Below, piece by piece: positions 1 through 8,984 of a DNA stretch of 64,000 bases (position 1 is the first letter of the stretch; each line of letters starts with the position of its first letter). The position numbers were made by a program, and so were the translations under genes. The DNA comes from an uncultured Steroidobacteraceae bacterium (GTDB taxonomy: Bacteria; Pseudomonadota; Gammaproteobacteria; Steroidobacterales; Steroidobacteraceae), in contig CAZVIF010000011.1 of NCBI GenBank assembly GCA_964626745.1, positions 7,195 through 71,194 of the forward strand, given 5' to 3'. The notes beneath the pieces were generated by a model. The model saw only the letters and a list, made by a program, of their open reading frames with translations, searched no databases and was not told the origin of the DNA.

Positions 1-365
1 ACCGGCAGCCCCGTGATCCACGCGTACCAGCGCTTGCCGCGCATGCGATCGAGCGCGAACTCGCGGACCAGGTGCACGACCGCGACCGCCACGAGGCCGT
101 CGGAGGCGTAGCGATGGACGCTGCGCATCACGCCGCCGGCCCAGGGCTGGGCGTTCGTGAGCGACTCGACCGAGTCGTACGCGCGCGTGATGCCGGTGTC
201 GAAGAACGCGTACAGGTAGATGCCGCTCACCGCGACGATCCAGAAGAAATACCAGCCCAGCGCCCCGAGCTGGAGCATCGGGTTCCAGGCGGGCGTGAAG
301 ACGCGCGAGCAGAACCCGTCGAGCGCGCCGAATGCCGCGCGCAGCCATTGCCGGGGCGAGGTCAT
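1..365 (-). CDS. cytochrome b-like dihaem membrane protein (N-terminal part; gene runs off the left edge)
   Basis: Minus-strand reading from ATG 365-363 gives MTSPRQWLRAAFGALDGF...RSVHRYASDGLVAVAVVHLVRE. It has the H-x13-H haem-ligand spacing of cytochrome b N-terminal domains. The ATG overlaps the TGA of the upstream SenC gene (ATGA). It is absent from the ORF track because there is no stop in the window. Confidence 0.6.
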   Translation of the reverse strand, partial: MTSPRQWLRAAFGALDGFCSRVFTPAWNPMLQLGALGWYFFWIVAVSGIYLYAFFDTGITRAYDSVESLTNAQPWAGGVMRSVHRYASDGLVAVAVVHLVREFALDRMRGKRWYAWITGLP

Positions 366-1162
366 CAGGCGGACCTGGGGAAGCTTCGCCAGAGGAAGGC
401 CGCGATCCCCGCGAAGCACAGCACGCCGATCACGAAGCTGAGCACGATGGACCAGTCGAAGCGGTAACGCCCGCTCTTGGGGTCGAACACGGTGCAGAAC
501 AGTCGCACGCCCTCGATCATCGCATCCAGGGAGTCCTCCCGCGCCGCCTGGCCGAGGGCGAGACGCTTGAGCGGGTCCACGAACTGCGGCGGCTCGGGCC
601 GCTGGCCGTACACCTGGCGGTACACGACCCCTTCGCCGTCCACGATCGTCGCCTGGATCATGTGGTCGAAGCCCTTCGGGGTCGCCGCGTAGGTGAAGCC
701 GATGCCCTCGAGCAGCAGGCCGACCGTGTCGGCGTCCGCGGCGCCGAACACCCAGCCCTCCGGGAACGACCCGCGCGACGCGGCGAAGCTGCGCATGCGC
801 TCCGGCGTGTCGTTCGCGGTGTCGAAGCCAATCGTCAGCACGCTGAAGGCGTCCGGGCCGAGCACTGCGGTCGCGATCTCCGCCAGCCGGCGCAGCTCGA
901 CCGTCGTCGTGGGGCACACGCCGAAGCAGCTCGTGTAGATCGGGCTGATGACCAGCGGACGGCCGCGGAACTCCGCCAGGCTGCGCAGCCGGCCGTTCTC
1001 GTCCACGAAGCGGAGCCCGGGGTCGAGCTCCCGGCCGATCGCCGCCTGGCTGATGCGCAGTGCGCGGTCCGCCTCGAATGCCGGCGGCGCCGGGTCCGGG
1101 CCCGACGCCTGCGCGATGCCCGCGGCCAGCAGGGCCGCGGCGATGATGGCGCGCTGCTTCAC
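365..1162 (-). CDS. SCO1/SenC family copper chaperone (thioredoxin fold), membrane anchored
   Basis: 265-aa ORF with signal MKQRAIIAAALLAAGIAQA, a CFGVCP (CxxxCP) copper-binding motif and a C-terminal TM helix. It starts 7 nt after the oxidase subunit I stop. Confidence 0.85.
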   Translation of the reverse strand: MKQRAIIAAALLAAGIAQASGPDPAPPAFEADRALRISQAAIGRELDPGLRFVDENGRLRSLAEFRGRPLVISPIYTSCFGVCPTTTVELRRLAEIATAVLGPDAFSVLTIGFDTANDTPERMRSFAASRGSFPEGWVFGAADADTVGLLLEGIGFTYAATPKGFDHMIQATIVDGEGVVYRQVYGQRPEPPQFVDPLKRLALGQAAREDSLDAMIEGVRLFCTVFDPKSGRYRFDWSIVLSFVIGVLCFAGIAAFLWRSFPRSA

Positions 1163-1169
1163 CGCCGCC

Positions 1170-2861
1170 CTACCGCATCGGCCAGATCTCGGACAGGTAC
1201 TTCCAGTTGACGAAGTAGTACAGCACGAAGGCGATGAAGAACACCGCGACCAGCGCGAGCGTGCCGGGGATGCGCAGCGTCCCGGCGCTGCCGTAGGCGG
1301 CGACCGCGCCGGATACCGGCTGGCCCGCCGGCGCGGCGAGGATGATCCTGTCGCGCACCGGCTTGCCGAAGAACACCGAGGCGACCACGACCACGATGTA
1401 CATCACCCCGCCGGTCGCGGCGGCGATCGCGGACAGCCCGTTGAGCGCCATGAGCAGCAAGGCCGTCGGCGGGTAGTTGTAGTCGAACGGCGCGGTGGCG
1501 AAGGTGATGTCCCAGTGGCGCCGCGCGACGCCGAGCGTGCCGGCGCCCATCATGAACAGCGAGATGCCGGCGACGCCGAGGCCGAACACGTAGGGCTGCC
1601 AGCGCGCCAGCCGCGGGAAGCGGATCTCGCGCTGGAAGATCAGCGGGATCAGCAGGTAGGTGATCGCCATGAAGGCGAGCGTCGTGCCCGCGACCACCGT
1701 CCCGTGAAAGTGGCCGGGGACGTAGAGCGTGTTGTGCATGATGATGTTGATCTGCTCGGTGCCCATCACCACGCCCGAGATGCCGCCCAGGAACCCGAAC
1801 ATGACGAGCGACAGGAACATGCCGGAGAACGCCGGGTTGCTCCAGGGCGCCTTGCGCAGCCACTCGAAGATGCCGCGGTCGAATCCGCGCTTGCGCTGCG
1901 CGGCCTCCATCGCGCCGGGCACGCTGAGGCCGTGGATCATGCTGCCGAGCACGGCGAGGTACATTGCGTAGCTGGTGTTGAACACCTTCCACTCGGGGCT
2001 CAGTCCCGGTTCCACCAGCAGGTGGTGGGCGCTCGCGAGCTGCAGGAACAGGATGTAGAGCAGGAAGGCGCCGCGGCTGATCTTCTCCGAAAGCGGCTTG
2101 GCGCCGAACAGCATCGCCGCGATCGCGTACCAGATCGCGACGTGCGCGGACACGTTGATCTGCTGCGAGGAGTGTCCCATGGCCCACCACACCAGCTTGT
2201 ACATCAGCGGGTCGATGGTGCTGATGAGCCCCATGGACCAGAGCCAGGTCGGGATCAGGATGATGGCGCCGGAAGCCAGCGTGAACACGGCGATGATCGC
2301 CGCCGTCAGCGCGCCGAAGGTCACGAGCGGGATCGAGCCCTCGTAGGTGCGCTCGTCGCGCGCAATGACCAGCGTGCCGAAGAACACGCCGCAGGCGATC
2401 AGGGCGCCGACCGCGAACAGGATCAGGCCGAGATAGAAGTGCTGCGCCGCCATCATCGGCGGGTAGGACGTGAACATCACGGTGGACTGGCCCTGCAGCA
2501 CGGCGAGGTTCGTGATGAGGCCGCCCGCCAGCATCAGGCCGAACGCCGCCCACGCCCAGCGCGGCGCCGCGAGCCGCGAGTTGAGCAGGATTGCCGAGGC
2601 GAAGTAGAGCACGGCGATCTCGAAGAAGATGATCCACAGCAGCAGCACGTCGAGGCCGTGCGCCGTCAGCGCGAGGTAGAACCAGTCCGCCGGCAGCAGG
2701 TGCACCGCGGGCCAGCGCGTGAGCGCCACCGACAGGCCGAACAGGCCACCGATGGCGAGGAACACGACGGCGGCGACCGCGTTCGCCTTGATGAGCGCCT
2801 GTGCGGAGAGGTCAATCTTGAAGCCGGTGGTCGGGCAGGTCCGGAATGCGGCGTGGGTCAT
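1170..2861 (-). CDS. haem-copper oxidase superfamily catalytic subunit I (atypical, B-family/NOR-like)
   Basis: 563 aa and polytopic. All six canonical His ligands are visible (LTAHG, WWAMGHSSQQ, SAHHLL, PGHFHG). The Tyr expected four residues after the first CuB His is Gln. Confidence 0.9.
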   Translation of the reverse strand: MTHAAFRTCPTTGFKIDLSAQALIKANAVAAVVFLAIGGLFGLSVALTRWPAVHLLPADWFYLALTAHGLDVLLLWIIFFEIAVLYFASAILLNSRLAAPRWAWAAFGLMLAGGLITNLAVLQGQSTVMFTSYPPMMAAQHFYLGLILFAVGALIACGVFFGTLVIARDERTYEGSIPLVTFGALTAAIIAVFTLASGAIILIPTWLWSMGLISTIDPLMYKLVWWAMGHSSQQINVSAHVAIWYAIAAMLFGAKPLSEKISRGAFLLYILFLQLASAHHLLVEPGLSPEWKVFNTSYAMYLAVLGSMIHGLSVPGAMEAAQRKRGFDRGIFEWLRKAPWSNPAFSGMFLSLVMFGFLGGISGVVMGTEQINIIMHNTLYVPGHFHGTVVAGTTLAFMAITYLLIPLIFQREIRFPRLARWQPYVFGLGVAGISLFMMGAGTLGVARRHWDITFATAPFDYNYPPTALLLMALNGLSAIAAATGGVMYIVVVVASVFFGKPVRDRIILAAPAGQPVSGAVAAYGSAGTLRIPGTLALVAVFFIAFVLYYFVNWKYLSEIWPMR

Positions 2862-2872
2862 GGCTGCCTACC

Positions 2873-3409
2873 TCACCGGTCGACGACGAAGATCTTGCCC
2901 AGCATCGAGTGGTGCCCCAGCCCGCAGTACTCGTTGCAGACGATCGAGTACTCCCCGGAGGTGTCCGGCGTCACGGTCAGGACGTGCTCATAGCCGGGGT
3001 GCACCTGCACGTTGATGTTGATGGGCTGCAGCGAGAAGCCGTGCTGCAGGTCGAGCGACGACAGGTGCAGCCGGTAGGACTGGCCGCGCTCGAGCTCGAG
3101 CACCGGGTACCAGAGCCACATGCGACCGATCAGGTACACGTCGGCGCCTGCGGGTGGCTTGACCACCGGCACGCCGTTCAGCTCGCGCACCTGCCATTCG
3201 GCAATGTTGGCTTCCACCTTCGCGTAGAAGGCGTTCGGCGTCGTCCGGTAGGTCTCGGTCGAGAGGTTCTGCTCGCCCCGCGCGTGCCACCAGATCATCA
3301 TGAAGAACATGATGAGACCCCAGACGAAGGCGATCGCGATCCAGAGCAACTCGACGCGGTCGACCGGGTGGTTCCACCAGAGTTTCTCGCCCGGAGGATG
3401 GATGGCCAT
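2873..3409 (-). CDS. haem-copper oxidase subunit II with CuA centre
   Basis: 178 aa with an N-terminal TM region and a cupredoxin domain. The CuA motif is complete: LQHGF ... CNEYCGLGHHSM (C-x-E-x-C-x3-H-x2-M). Confidence 0.9.
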   Translation of the reverse strand: MAIHPPGEKLWWNHPVDRVELLWIAIAFVWGLIMFFMMIWWHARGEQNLSTETYRTTPNAFYAKVEANIAEWQVRELNGVPVVKPPAGADVYLIGRMWLWYPVLELERGQSYRLHLSSLDLQHGFSLQPININVQVHPGYEHVLTVTPDTSGEYSIVCNEYCGLGHHSMLGKIFVVDR

Positions 3410-3428
3410 GATCGAAACTCCTCGATCT

Positions 3429-3641
3429 TCAGGGGGCGATGGGAATCTGGATCAGCTCGAGGATGCCCCAGATGATGTAGAGCACCGTCGGCATGACGAC
3501 CCCGAGGAACAGCAGCAGGAAGGGGTTGTCGAGCAGCCGCTGCATGAACGGGACCCGCTCGGGTTTCTTCTCCGGTCCGGGCTCGGTTTCGGGCATGGCT
3601 CCCCCTCCTCCAGACGCGACCAACGGCGGGAGGATCGCCAA
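3429..3641 (-). CDS. small single-pass membrane protein, possible accessory oxidase subunit
   Basis: 70 aa with one TM helix (FLLLFLGVVMPTVLYIIWGIL), 19 nt upstream of subunit II on the same strand. No motif recognised. Confidence 0.5.
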   Translation of the reverse strand: MAILPPLVASGGGGAMPETEPGPEKKPERVPFMQRLLDNPFLLLFLGVVMPTVLYIIWGILELIQIPIAP

Positions 3642-3668
3642 CCGGGGCCCCGGGGGCCTTGATCTAAG

Positions 3669-3917
3669 TCAATTCGCGGCGGGCGCCGGCAGGAAATGCC
3701 GGATGGCGGCGAACGTCACGAGGGCGAGGGCCAGCAGCAGCACGAAGAACAGCAGCGTCCGGTGCTCGAGGACCCGGCCGGCGCGCCGCTCGACCAGGAC
3801 CACCAGGCGATCGGCCACCAGGTAGAGCACGATGCCGGTCACCGTATAAAGGACAGCTTCCAGGGGCGGCTCCGGTCGGGGTTCGGGCCGCCATGATCGC
3901 GCCGCAGGGCGCGGCAT
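3669..3917 (-). CDS. small two-helix membrane protein (hypothetical)
   Basis: 82-aa ORF with two hydrophobic helices at the head of the oxidase gene string. The start codon is uncertain and no motif was recognised. Confidence 0.4.
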   Translation of the reverse strand: MPRPAARSWRPEPRPEPPLEAVLYTVTGIVLYLVADRLVVLVERRAGRVLEHRTLLFFVLLLALALVTFAAIRHFLPAPAAN

Positions 3918-3954
3918 TGCAAAATGCCCCGCGGCCGCCCCAAGCTAGCGGCCG

Positions 3955-4380
3955 ATGAAGCCCGCGACCCGCCCCCGGCTGCTGCCCGCTGCGCTCTGCC
4001 TGCTGGCTTTCCTCGCCGCCGTGCCCGCCGGCGCCCAGGAGTTCCAGCCGTACCCGCAGCCGAAGATCACTCCCGAGCAGTTCGCGCGCTACGCGGACGA
4101 GGTCCTGCAGGCGTTCGGGTATTCGACGGAGATCCTGAAGGACCAGAAGCTGATCGCGTTCTCGGACGAGCGCTCACGCACCTTCTACGTCTTCACGACC
4201 AAGGACCATCCGGCCCACCCCGCGTGGATCACGCGCCAGATGGTGGAGGAGGACGGCCAGGTCCGCGTGAAGCAGATCGGCTATTTCGCGGGGAACGAAG
4301 AAGCCTTTTCGCGGCTGTTCCGCGAGTTCCAGGGACGCAACAAGCAGCTCATGGAAGACGTCGCGCGGCGGAACCAGTAG
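3955..4380 (+). CDS. secreted hypothetical protein
   Basis: 141 aa with Sec signal MKPATRPRLLPAALCLLAFLAAVPAGAQE. Codon usage is coding-like. It lies 16 nt upstream of the next gene. Confidence 0.6.
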   Translation: MKPATRPRLLPAALCLLAFLAAVPAGAQEFQPYPQPKITPEQFARYADEVLQAFGYSTEILKDQKLIAFSDERSRTFYVFTTKDHPAHPAWITRQMVEEDGQVRVKQIGYFAGNEEAFSRLFREFQGRNKQLMEDVARRNQ

Positions 4381-4396
4381 GCCAACGGGGGACGAC

Positions 4397-5608
4397 ATGA
4401 GCGCTACCACTCGCAGGCGCATCCTCCAGGCGCTGACGGCAGCGCCCGCGCTGGCTGCCCTTGCGCCCGCACGGCGCGCCTTCGCCGCGGAAGACCCGCT
4501 GATCGACTCCGCCGCGAAAGCCCTCGACGTGTCCGACTTCGAGCGGCTCGCGCGCGCAAAGCTGCCGCCGGCGCACTGGGGATATCTCGCAACCGGCGTG
4601 GACGGCGACGCCACGCTGCACGCGAACGAGGCCGGCTTCGCCAACTACGTCCAGCGCGTGCGGCGGCTGGTGGACGTCTCGCGCATCGACACTTCCGTGA
4701 GCCTCTTCGGCACGACCTGGGACACGCCGATCGTGCTCGACCCGGTCGGCAGCCAGCGTGCTTTCCACCCGGACGGCGAGATCGCGACCGCGAAGGCCGC
4801 GCGCGCGAGGAAGCACCTGCAGATCCTCTCGACCGTCTCCTCGACCGGCGTCGAGGACGTCAATGCGGCGCGCGGCGAGCCGGTCTGGTACCAGCTCTAC
4901 CCTACGGACCACTGGCCCACGACGCAGGCGCTGGTGCGGCGCGTCGAGGCCGCCGGCTGCCCGGTGCTGGTGCTGACCGTGGACCTGCAGGGCGGCTCCA
5001 ACCGCCTCACGCTCGCGCGCGCGATCCCGCGCGACGCGCGCGACTGCACGGCCTGTCACTCGACGGGCCGTACCCAGCTCTCCGGGTTCATCGTCGGCAA
5101 GCCGATGTTCTCCGGACTCGACATCTCCGCCGTCGGCTCGCTCGAGCCCGCCGACATGACCTGGGAATACCTGAAGCGCCTGCGCGACATCTGGCCGCGT
5201 CGGCTCGTCGTCAAGGGGCTGGTCACGCGCGAGGACGCGCTGCTCGCCCTCGAGCACGGCGTCGACGGCATCGTCGTTTCGAACCACGGCGGCCGCGCCG
5301 AAGACAGCGGCCGCGCGTCGATCGACAGCCTCGCCGAGGTCGCGCCGGCCGTCGCCGGCCGCGTGCCGGTGATCGTGGACGGCGGCGTGCGCCGCGGCAG
5401 CGACATCTTCAAGGCGCTCGCGCTCGGCGCCGACGCGGTTGCCATCGGGCGGCCCTACATCTGGGGCCTCGCGTCCTTCGGCCAGGAGGGCGTCGAGCGC
5501 GTGCTCGAGATCCTGACGGCGGAACTCGCCGGCAACATGCGGCAGGCCGGCGTCCGCAACATCGCCGGAATCGACGCCTCCTACGTCGTGGACAAACGGC
5601 GGGTGTAG
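4397..5608 (+). CDS. FMN-dependent alpha-hydroxy-acid oxidase/dehydrogenase family protein with Tat signal
   Basis: 403 aa with twin-arginine leader MSATTRRRILQALTAAPALAALAPARRAFA. Family signatures VVSNHGGR and GRPYIWGL are present. Confidence 0.85.
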   Translation: MSATTRRRILQALTAAPALAALAPARRAFAAEDPLIDSAAKALDVSDFERLARAKLPPAHWGYLATGVDGDATLHANEAGFANYVQRVRRLVDVSRIDTSVSLFGTTWDTPIVLDPVGSQRAFHPDGEIATAKAARARKHLQILSTVSSTGVEDVNAARGEPVWYQLYPTDHWPTTQALVRRVEAAGCPVLVLTVDLQGGSNRLTLARAIPRDARDCTACHSTGRTQLSGFIVGKPMFSGLDISAVGSLEPADMTWEYLKRLRDIWPRRLVVKGLVTREDALLALEHGVDGIVVSNHGGRAEDSGRASIDSLAEVAPAVAGRVPVIVDGGVRRGSDIFKALALGADAVAIGRPYIWGLASFGQEGVERVLEILTAELAGNMRQAGVRNIAGIDASYVVDKRRV

Positions 5609-5638
5609 AATCGGCGCTCCCCCCGCTGGAGCGCCGTC

Positions 5639-6427
5639 ATGAAACGCTGGACACTGCCCGCCGTGCTCGCCCTCGCCGTCTCGGCATCCGCCACGGCCGA
5701 CGTCACGATCAAGGCCACCGCCACCGGCAAGGGCCTCGGCATGTCCGGCGAGACCTCGAACGTCACCTACATCAAGGGCCTCAAGATGCGTTCGGAGGCG
5801 GCCTCCGGCAAGGCCAGCAACGTCACGATCTTCGACGTCGACGCCCAGAAGATGTACATCCTCAACGAGAAGAAGAAGGAAGTGGACGTCTGGGACATGG
5901 GCGCCTTCACCCAGGAGATGAGCCAGGCGGTCTCGGTCGAGGGCGTGCGCGCCTCCATGACGCCGAACGGCCAGACCAAGACGGTGCTCGGGCATGCCGC
6001 GGACGGCTACACCGTGGAGATCGTCGTGCCGACCGTGATCGGCGGCCCCGGCGGCATGCCGGTGACGATGCTGCTGACGGGCGTCTCCTGGATCGCGAAA
6101 GGCGCGCCCGGCGCCGCGGACTACGCGGCTTTCTACCAGGGCGCCGCCGAGAAGGGCTGGATCTTCAGCGACCCGCGCGCGGCCAAGGGCGCGCCCGGGC
6201 AGGCCAAGGCGATGGCGCAGATGTACGCGGAGTTCGCGAAGATCGGCGGCATGCCGCTCGAGTCGCAGATGGACATCAAGGCCGACGGCGAAGGACCGAT
6301 CGCCGCGATGATGGCGAAGATGGGCGGCGTCTCGACTACCACGGTCATCGACTCGGTGGATACCGCGCCGCTCGACGACGCGCTGTTCCAGGTGCCGGCG
6401 GACTACACGCTCAAGGCGCGCCAGTAG
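5639..6427 (+). CDS. secreted beta-rich protein, DUF4412-like
   Basis: 262 aa with signal MKRWTLPAVLALAVSASATA. The G/K/M-rich beta-strand pattern (TYIKGLKMRSE, KMYILNEKKKEV) resembles DUF4412 periplasmic proteins, recognised from memory only. Confidence 0.65.
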   Translation: MKRWTLPAVLALAVSASATADVTIKATATGKGLGMSGETSNVTYIKGLKMRSEAASGKASNVTIFDVDAQKMYILNEKKKEVDVWDMGAFTQEMSQAVSVEGVRASMTPNGQTKTVLGHAADGYTVEIVVPTVIGGPGGMPVTMLLTGVSWIAKGAPGAADYAAFYQGAAEKGWIFSDPRAAKGAPGQAKAMAQMYAEFAKIGGMPLESQMDIKADGEGPIAAMMAKMGGVSTTTVIDSVDTAPLDDALFQVPADYTLKARQ

Positions 6428-7967
6428 GGGTGGCGGGCGGTGGGCGCAAGGCGAGGTCCTCGCGCAGCATCCGCATCAGCGACACGGCGAGCAGCACGCC
6501 GACGGCGAGCAGCGGCAGCGAGACGACGATCGTCGCCGAGAGCACGACCTTGATGCCGCCCTCGACGAACATCAGCGTGATCGGCACGATGCCGAGCGCG
6601 CAGGCCCAGAACAGCCGGTTCCAGCGTGCCGGGTTGCGGCCGGCTTCCAGGCGCCGCGTCGATACGGAAGCGAGGGTATACGACGCCGAGTCGTAGGTCG
6701 TCGCCAGCAGCACGATCGCGACCAGCGTGAAAACCGCCAGCGCTAGCTTCGTGAACGGCAGGCTGCCGATCACCGCGGCGATGGCCTCCGCCTCCCCCGC
6801 TTTCGCCATGAGACCGGTCACGTCGACGATGCCGGCCAGGTCGAGGTGCAGGGCGTAGTTGCCGAGCACCAGGTAGAAGATGCCGGCGCCGAGCGTCCCG
6901 AAGCTCAGCATGCCGAGGATGATGTCGCGCAGGCGCCGCCCGCGCGAGATGCGCGTCACGAACAGACCGACGAAGGGCCCGTAGGCGATCCACCAGGCCC
7001 AGTAAAACACCGTCCAGTTCTCGACGAAGCCGGTGGCGCGCACGGGGTCGGTCCAGGTGTTCATGCGCAGGAAGTTCTGCATGACGAGGCCGATGCCGTT
7101 GGTCGCCATCTTGGCGATGAACAGCGTCGGCCCGGCGAGCAGCACGAACGCCAGGAACAGCAACGCGACCCACATCGCCGCATCCGCCATGCGCTTGAAG
7201 CCGCGCTCGATGCCGAGGTACGCGCTGGTGCCGAAGATCGCGATGCAGCCGACGACGACCGCGACGTCCAGCGCGAGGTTCCGCTCGAGTCCCGCGAAAT
7301 CCGCGAACACCGCGGAGATCATCGGCGTCGACAGGCCGAGAGAGGTGCCTGCGCCGCCGATGATGCTCAGCATGTACAGGAAGTCGATCGCGCGGCCGCG
7401 GTATCCGGTGACCCCTTCGGGCAACAGGGCGCTGCAGCCGGTGCTGAGCCGCAGGTACGGCACGCGCCGCTGGTAATAGGCGTAGGCGATCGCGAGCCCG
7501 GGCAGGCACTGGATCGCCCAGCCGGTCGGTCCCCAGTGGAAGAGCCCGTAGCTCGCGGCCCACTCGATCGCCTCGGGACTGCGCGGCGCGAAGCCGTAGG
7601 GCGGCTTGTCGATGTAGTAGCCCCACTCGATGACCACCCAGTACAGCAGTCCCGCGCCGACGCCCGCACAGAACATCATCGCCAGCCAGCTCGGGGTGCG
7701 GAACTCGGGCGCCGTGCCCTCGCCGCCGAGCCGCACGCGCCCGTAGCGGCTCGCCGCCAGCCAGAGCAGGAAGACGAGCGTGCCGAAGCCGTACCAGAGA
7801 TAGAGCACCCCGAAGCGCTGCGTGAGCGCGTCGTAGGCGCCGGTGATCGTCTGCTCGGCCCGCGGGCCGAGTCCGAAGATCGGCACGCAGGCGATCAGGA
7901 TGACCGCGAGGGTCAGGCCGAACATCAGCCAGTCGGTTGCGGGGCGCTCTTCCGGTCGTGGGTTCAC
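6411..7967 (-). CDS. BCCT family (betaine/carnitine/choline) transporter
   Basis: 518 aa with about 12 TM helices. The BCCT tryptophan-rich signature WTVFYWAWWIAYGPFVGLFVTRISRGR is present. Confidence 0.9.
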   Translation of the reverse strand: MNPRPEERPATDWLMFGLTLAVILIACVPIFGLGPRAEQTITGAYDALTQRFGVLYLWYGFGTLVFLLWLAASRYGRVRLGGEGTAPEFRTPSWLAMMFCAGVGAGLLYWVVIEWGYYIDKPPYGFAPRSPEAIEWAASYGLFHWGPTGWAIQCLPGLAIAYAYYQRRVPYLRLSTGCSALLPEGVTGYRGRAIDFLYMLSIIGGAGTSLGLSTPMISAVFADFAGLERNLALDVAVVVGCIAIFGTSAYLGIERGFKRMADAAMWVALLFLAFVLLAGPTLFIAKMATNGIGLVMQNFLRMNTWTDPVRATGFVENWTVFYWAWWIAYGPFVGLFVTRISRGRRLRDIILGMLSFGTLGAGIFYLVLGNYALHLDLAGIVDVTGLMAKAGEAEAIAAVIGSLPFTKLALAVFTLVAIVLLATTYDSASYTLASVSTRRLEAGRNPARWNRLFWACALGIVPITLMFVEGGIKVVLSATIVVSLPLLAVGVLLAVSLMRMLREDLALRPPPATPTGAP

Positions 7968-7978
7968 GGGCGGGCTGC

Positions 7979-8962
7979 TCAGATGTCGACCACGACGCAG
8001 CCGCGCAGCTCACCCTGCTCGACGAGCTCGTTGGCGCGCGCCAGGTCCTCGAGCGGCAGCCGGTGCGCGATGCGATGCCGCAGGCGTCCTTCAGACAGGT
8101 ATCGGCCGATGTCCGCGATCGCCGCCTGCTTGGCGGCCTCGGGCATCACGTACACGAGCACCATCCGCACGGTCAGATCCATGAACATCATGCGATAGAA
8201 AGGCAGCTTCGGCTCCGGCGCCTGCATCGACGAGTAAGTCGCGATCGTGCCGCCGGTCCCGATGCACTGCAGCACCTCGGCCAGGTTGGCGCCGAACTCG
8301 ACCTCGACGACGCGATCGACGGGCGCACCGCCGTTGGCGGCCTTGACCCGTTCGCCCCAGCCCGCCTGGCGATGGTTCACGGCCGCGTCGGCGCCGACCT
8401 CCCGGCAGGTCCGCTCGTCCTCCGGCCTGCTCGCCGTCGCAATGACCCGCGCGCCCGCCGACTTCGCCCACTGGATCGCGTAGTAGCCGACCCGCCCGGC
8501 GCCGCCCGTCACGAGCAGGGACTGGCCGTCGACCGGGCCGTCGGCGAACACGCAGCGATGCGCGGTCATGACCGGAATGCCGAGGCAGGCGCCGACCTCG
8601 AAGCCCGCCGGCTCCGGCAGCGGCGCCGCCCGCCGCGCGTCGATCGCCAGGTATTCGGCGGCCGTGCCGGAGCGACGGCCGTGCTGGGCCTGGTAGACCC
8701 ACACGCGCTCGCCGATGCGCGACGACGGCACGCCGGCGCCGACGGCCTCGATGACGCCGGCACCGTCGCTGTTCGGGATCACGAAGCCCTGGTCCAGCAG
8801 CGCCGGCGAGGAGCCGGCGCGCTTCTTGACGTCGGAGGGATTCACGGCGCTCGTCTTCATGCGCACCAGCACCTCGCCGGCGGCTGCCGCCGGCGTCGGG
8901 CGCTCACCGATCCGGATCACCTGCTGCGCCTTGCCGAAAGACTCGAACCACGCCGCCTTCAT
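7979..8962 (-). CDS. quinone oxidoreductase-like MDR family NAD(P)-dependent oxidoreductase
   Basis: The track ORF extends to 9181, overlapping the SDR gene upstream (8985..9764). ATG 8962 (MKAAWFESFGKAQQV...) clears that overlap and gives a canonical 327-aa MDR protein with Rossmann motif VTGGAGRVGYYAIQWAK. It ends 11 nt upstream of the BCCT gene. Confidence 0.85.
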   Translation of the reverse strand: MKAAWFESFGKAQQVIRIGERPTPAAAAGEVLVRMKTSAVNPSDVKKRAGSSPALLDQGFVIPNSDGAGVIEAVGAGVPSSRIGERVWVYQAQHGRRSGTAAEYLAIDARRAAPLPEPAGFEVGACLGIPVMTAHRCVFADGPVDGQSLLVTGGAGRVGYYAIQWAKSAGARVIATASRPEDERTCREVGADAAVNHRQAGWGERVKAANGGAPVDRVVEVEFGANLAEVLQCIGTGGTIATYSSMQAPEPKLPFYRMMFMDLTVRMVLVYVMPEAAKQAAIADIGRYLSEGRLRHRIAHRLPLEDLARANELVEQGELRGCVVVDI

Positions 8963-8984
8963 CACATCACGCCTCACGGTCCAT

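Noticed and set aside
72-1210. Plus-strand ORFs 72..467, 220..441 and 332..1210 at the left edge.
   Set aside because: They are antisense to the cytochrome b-like and SenC genes, which have clear motifs (H-x13-H and CxxxCP). Their translations are Arg/Glu/His-rich with no motif.
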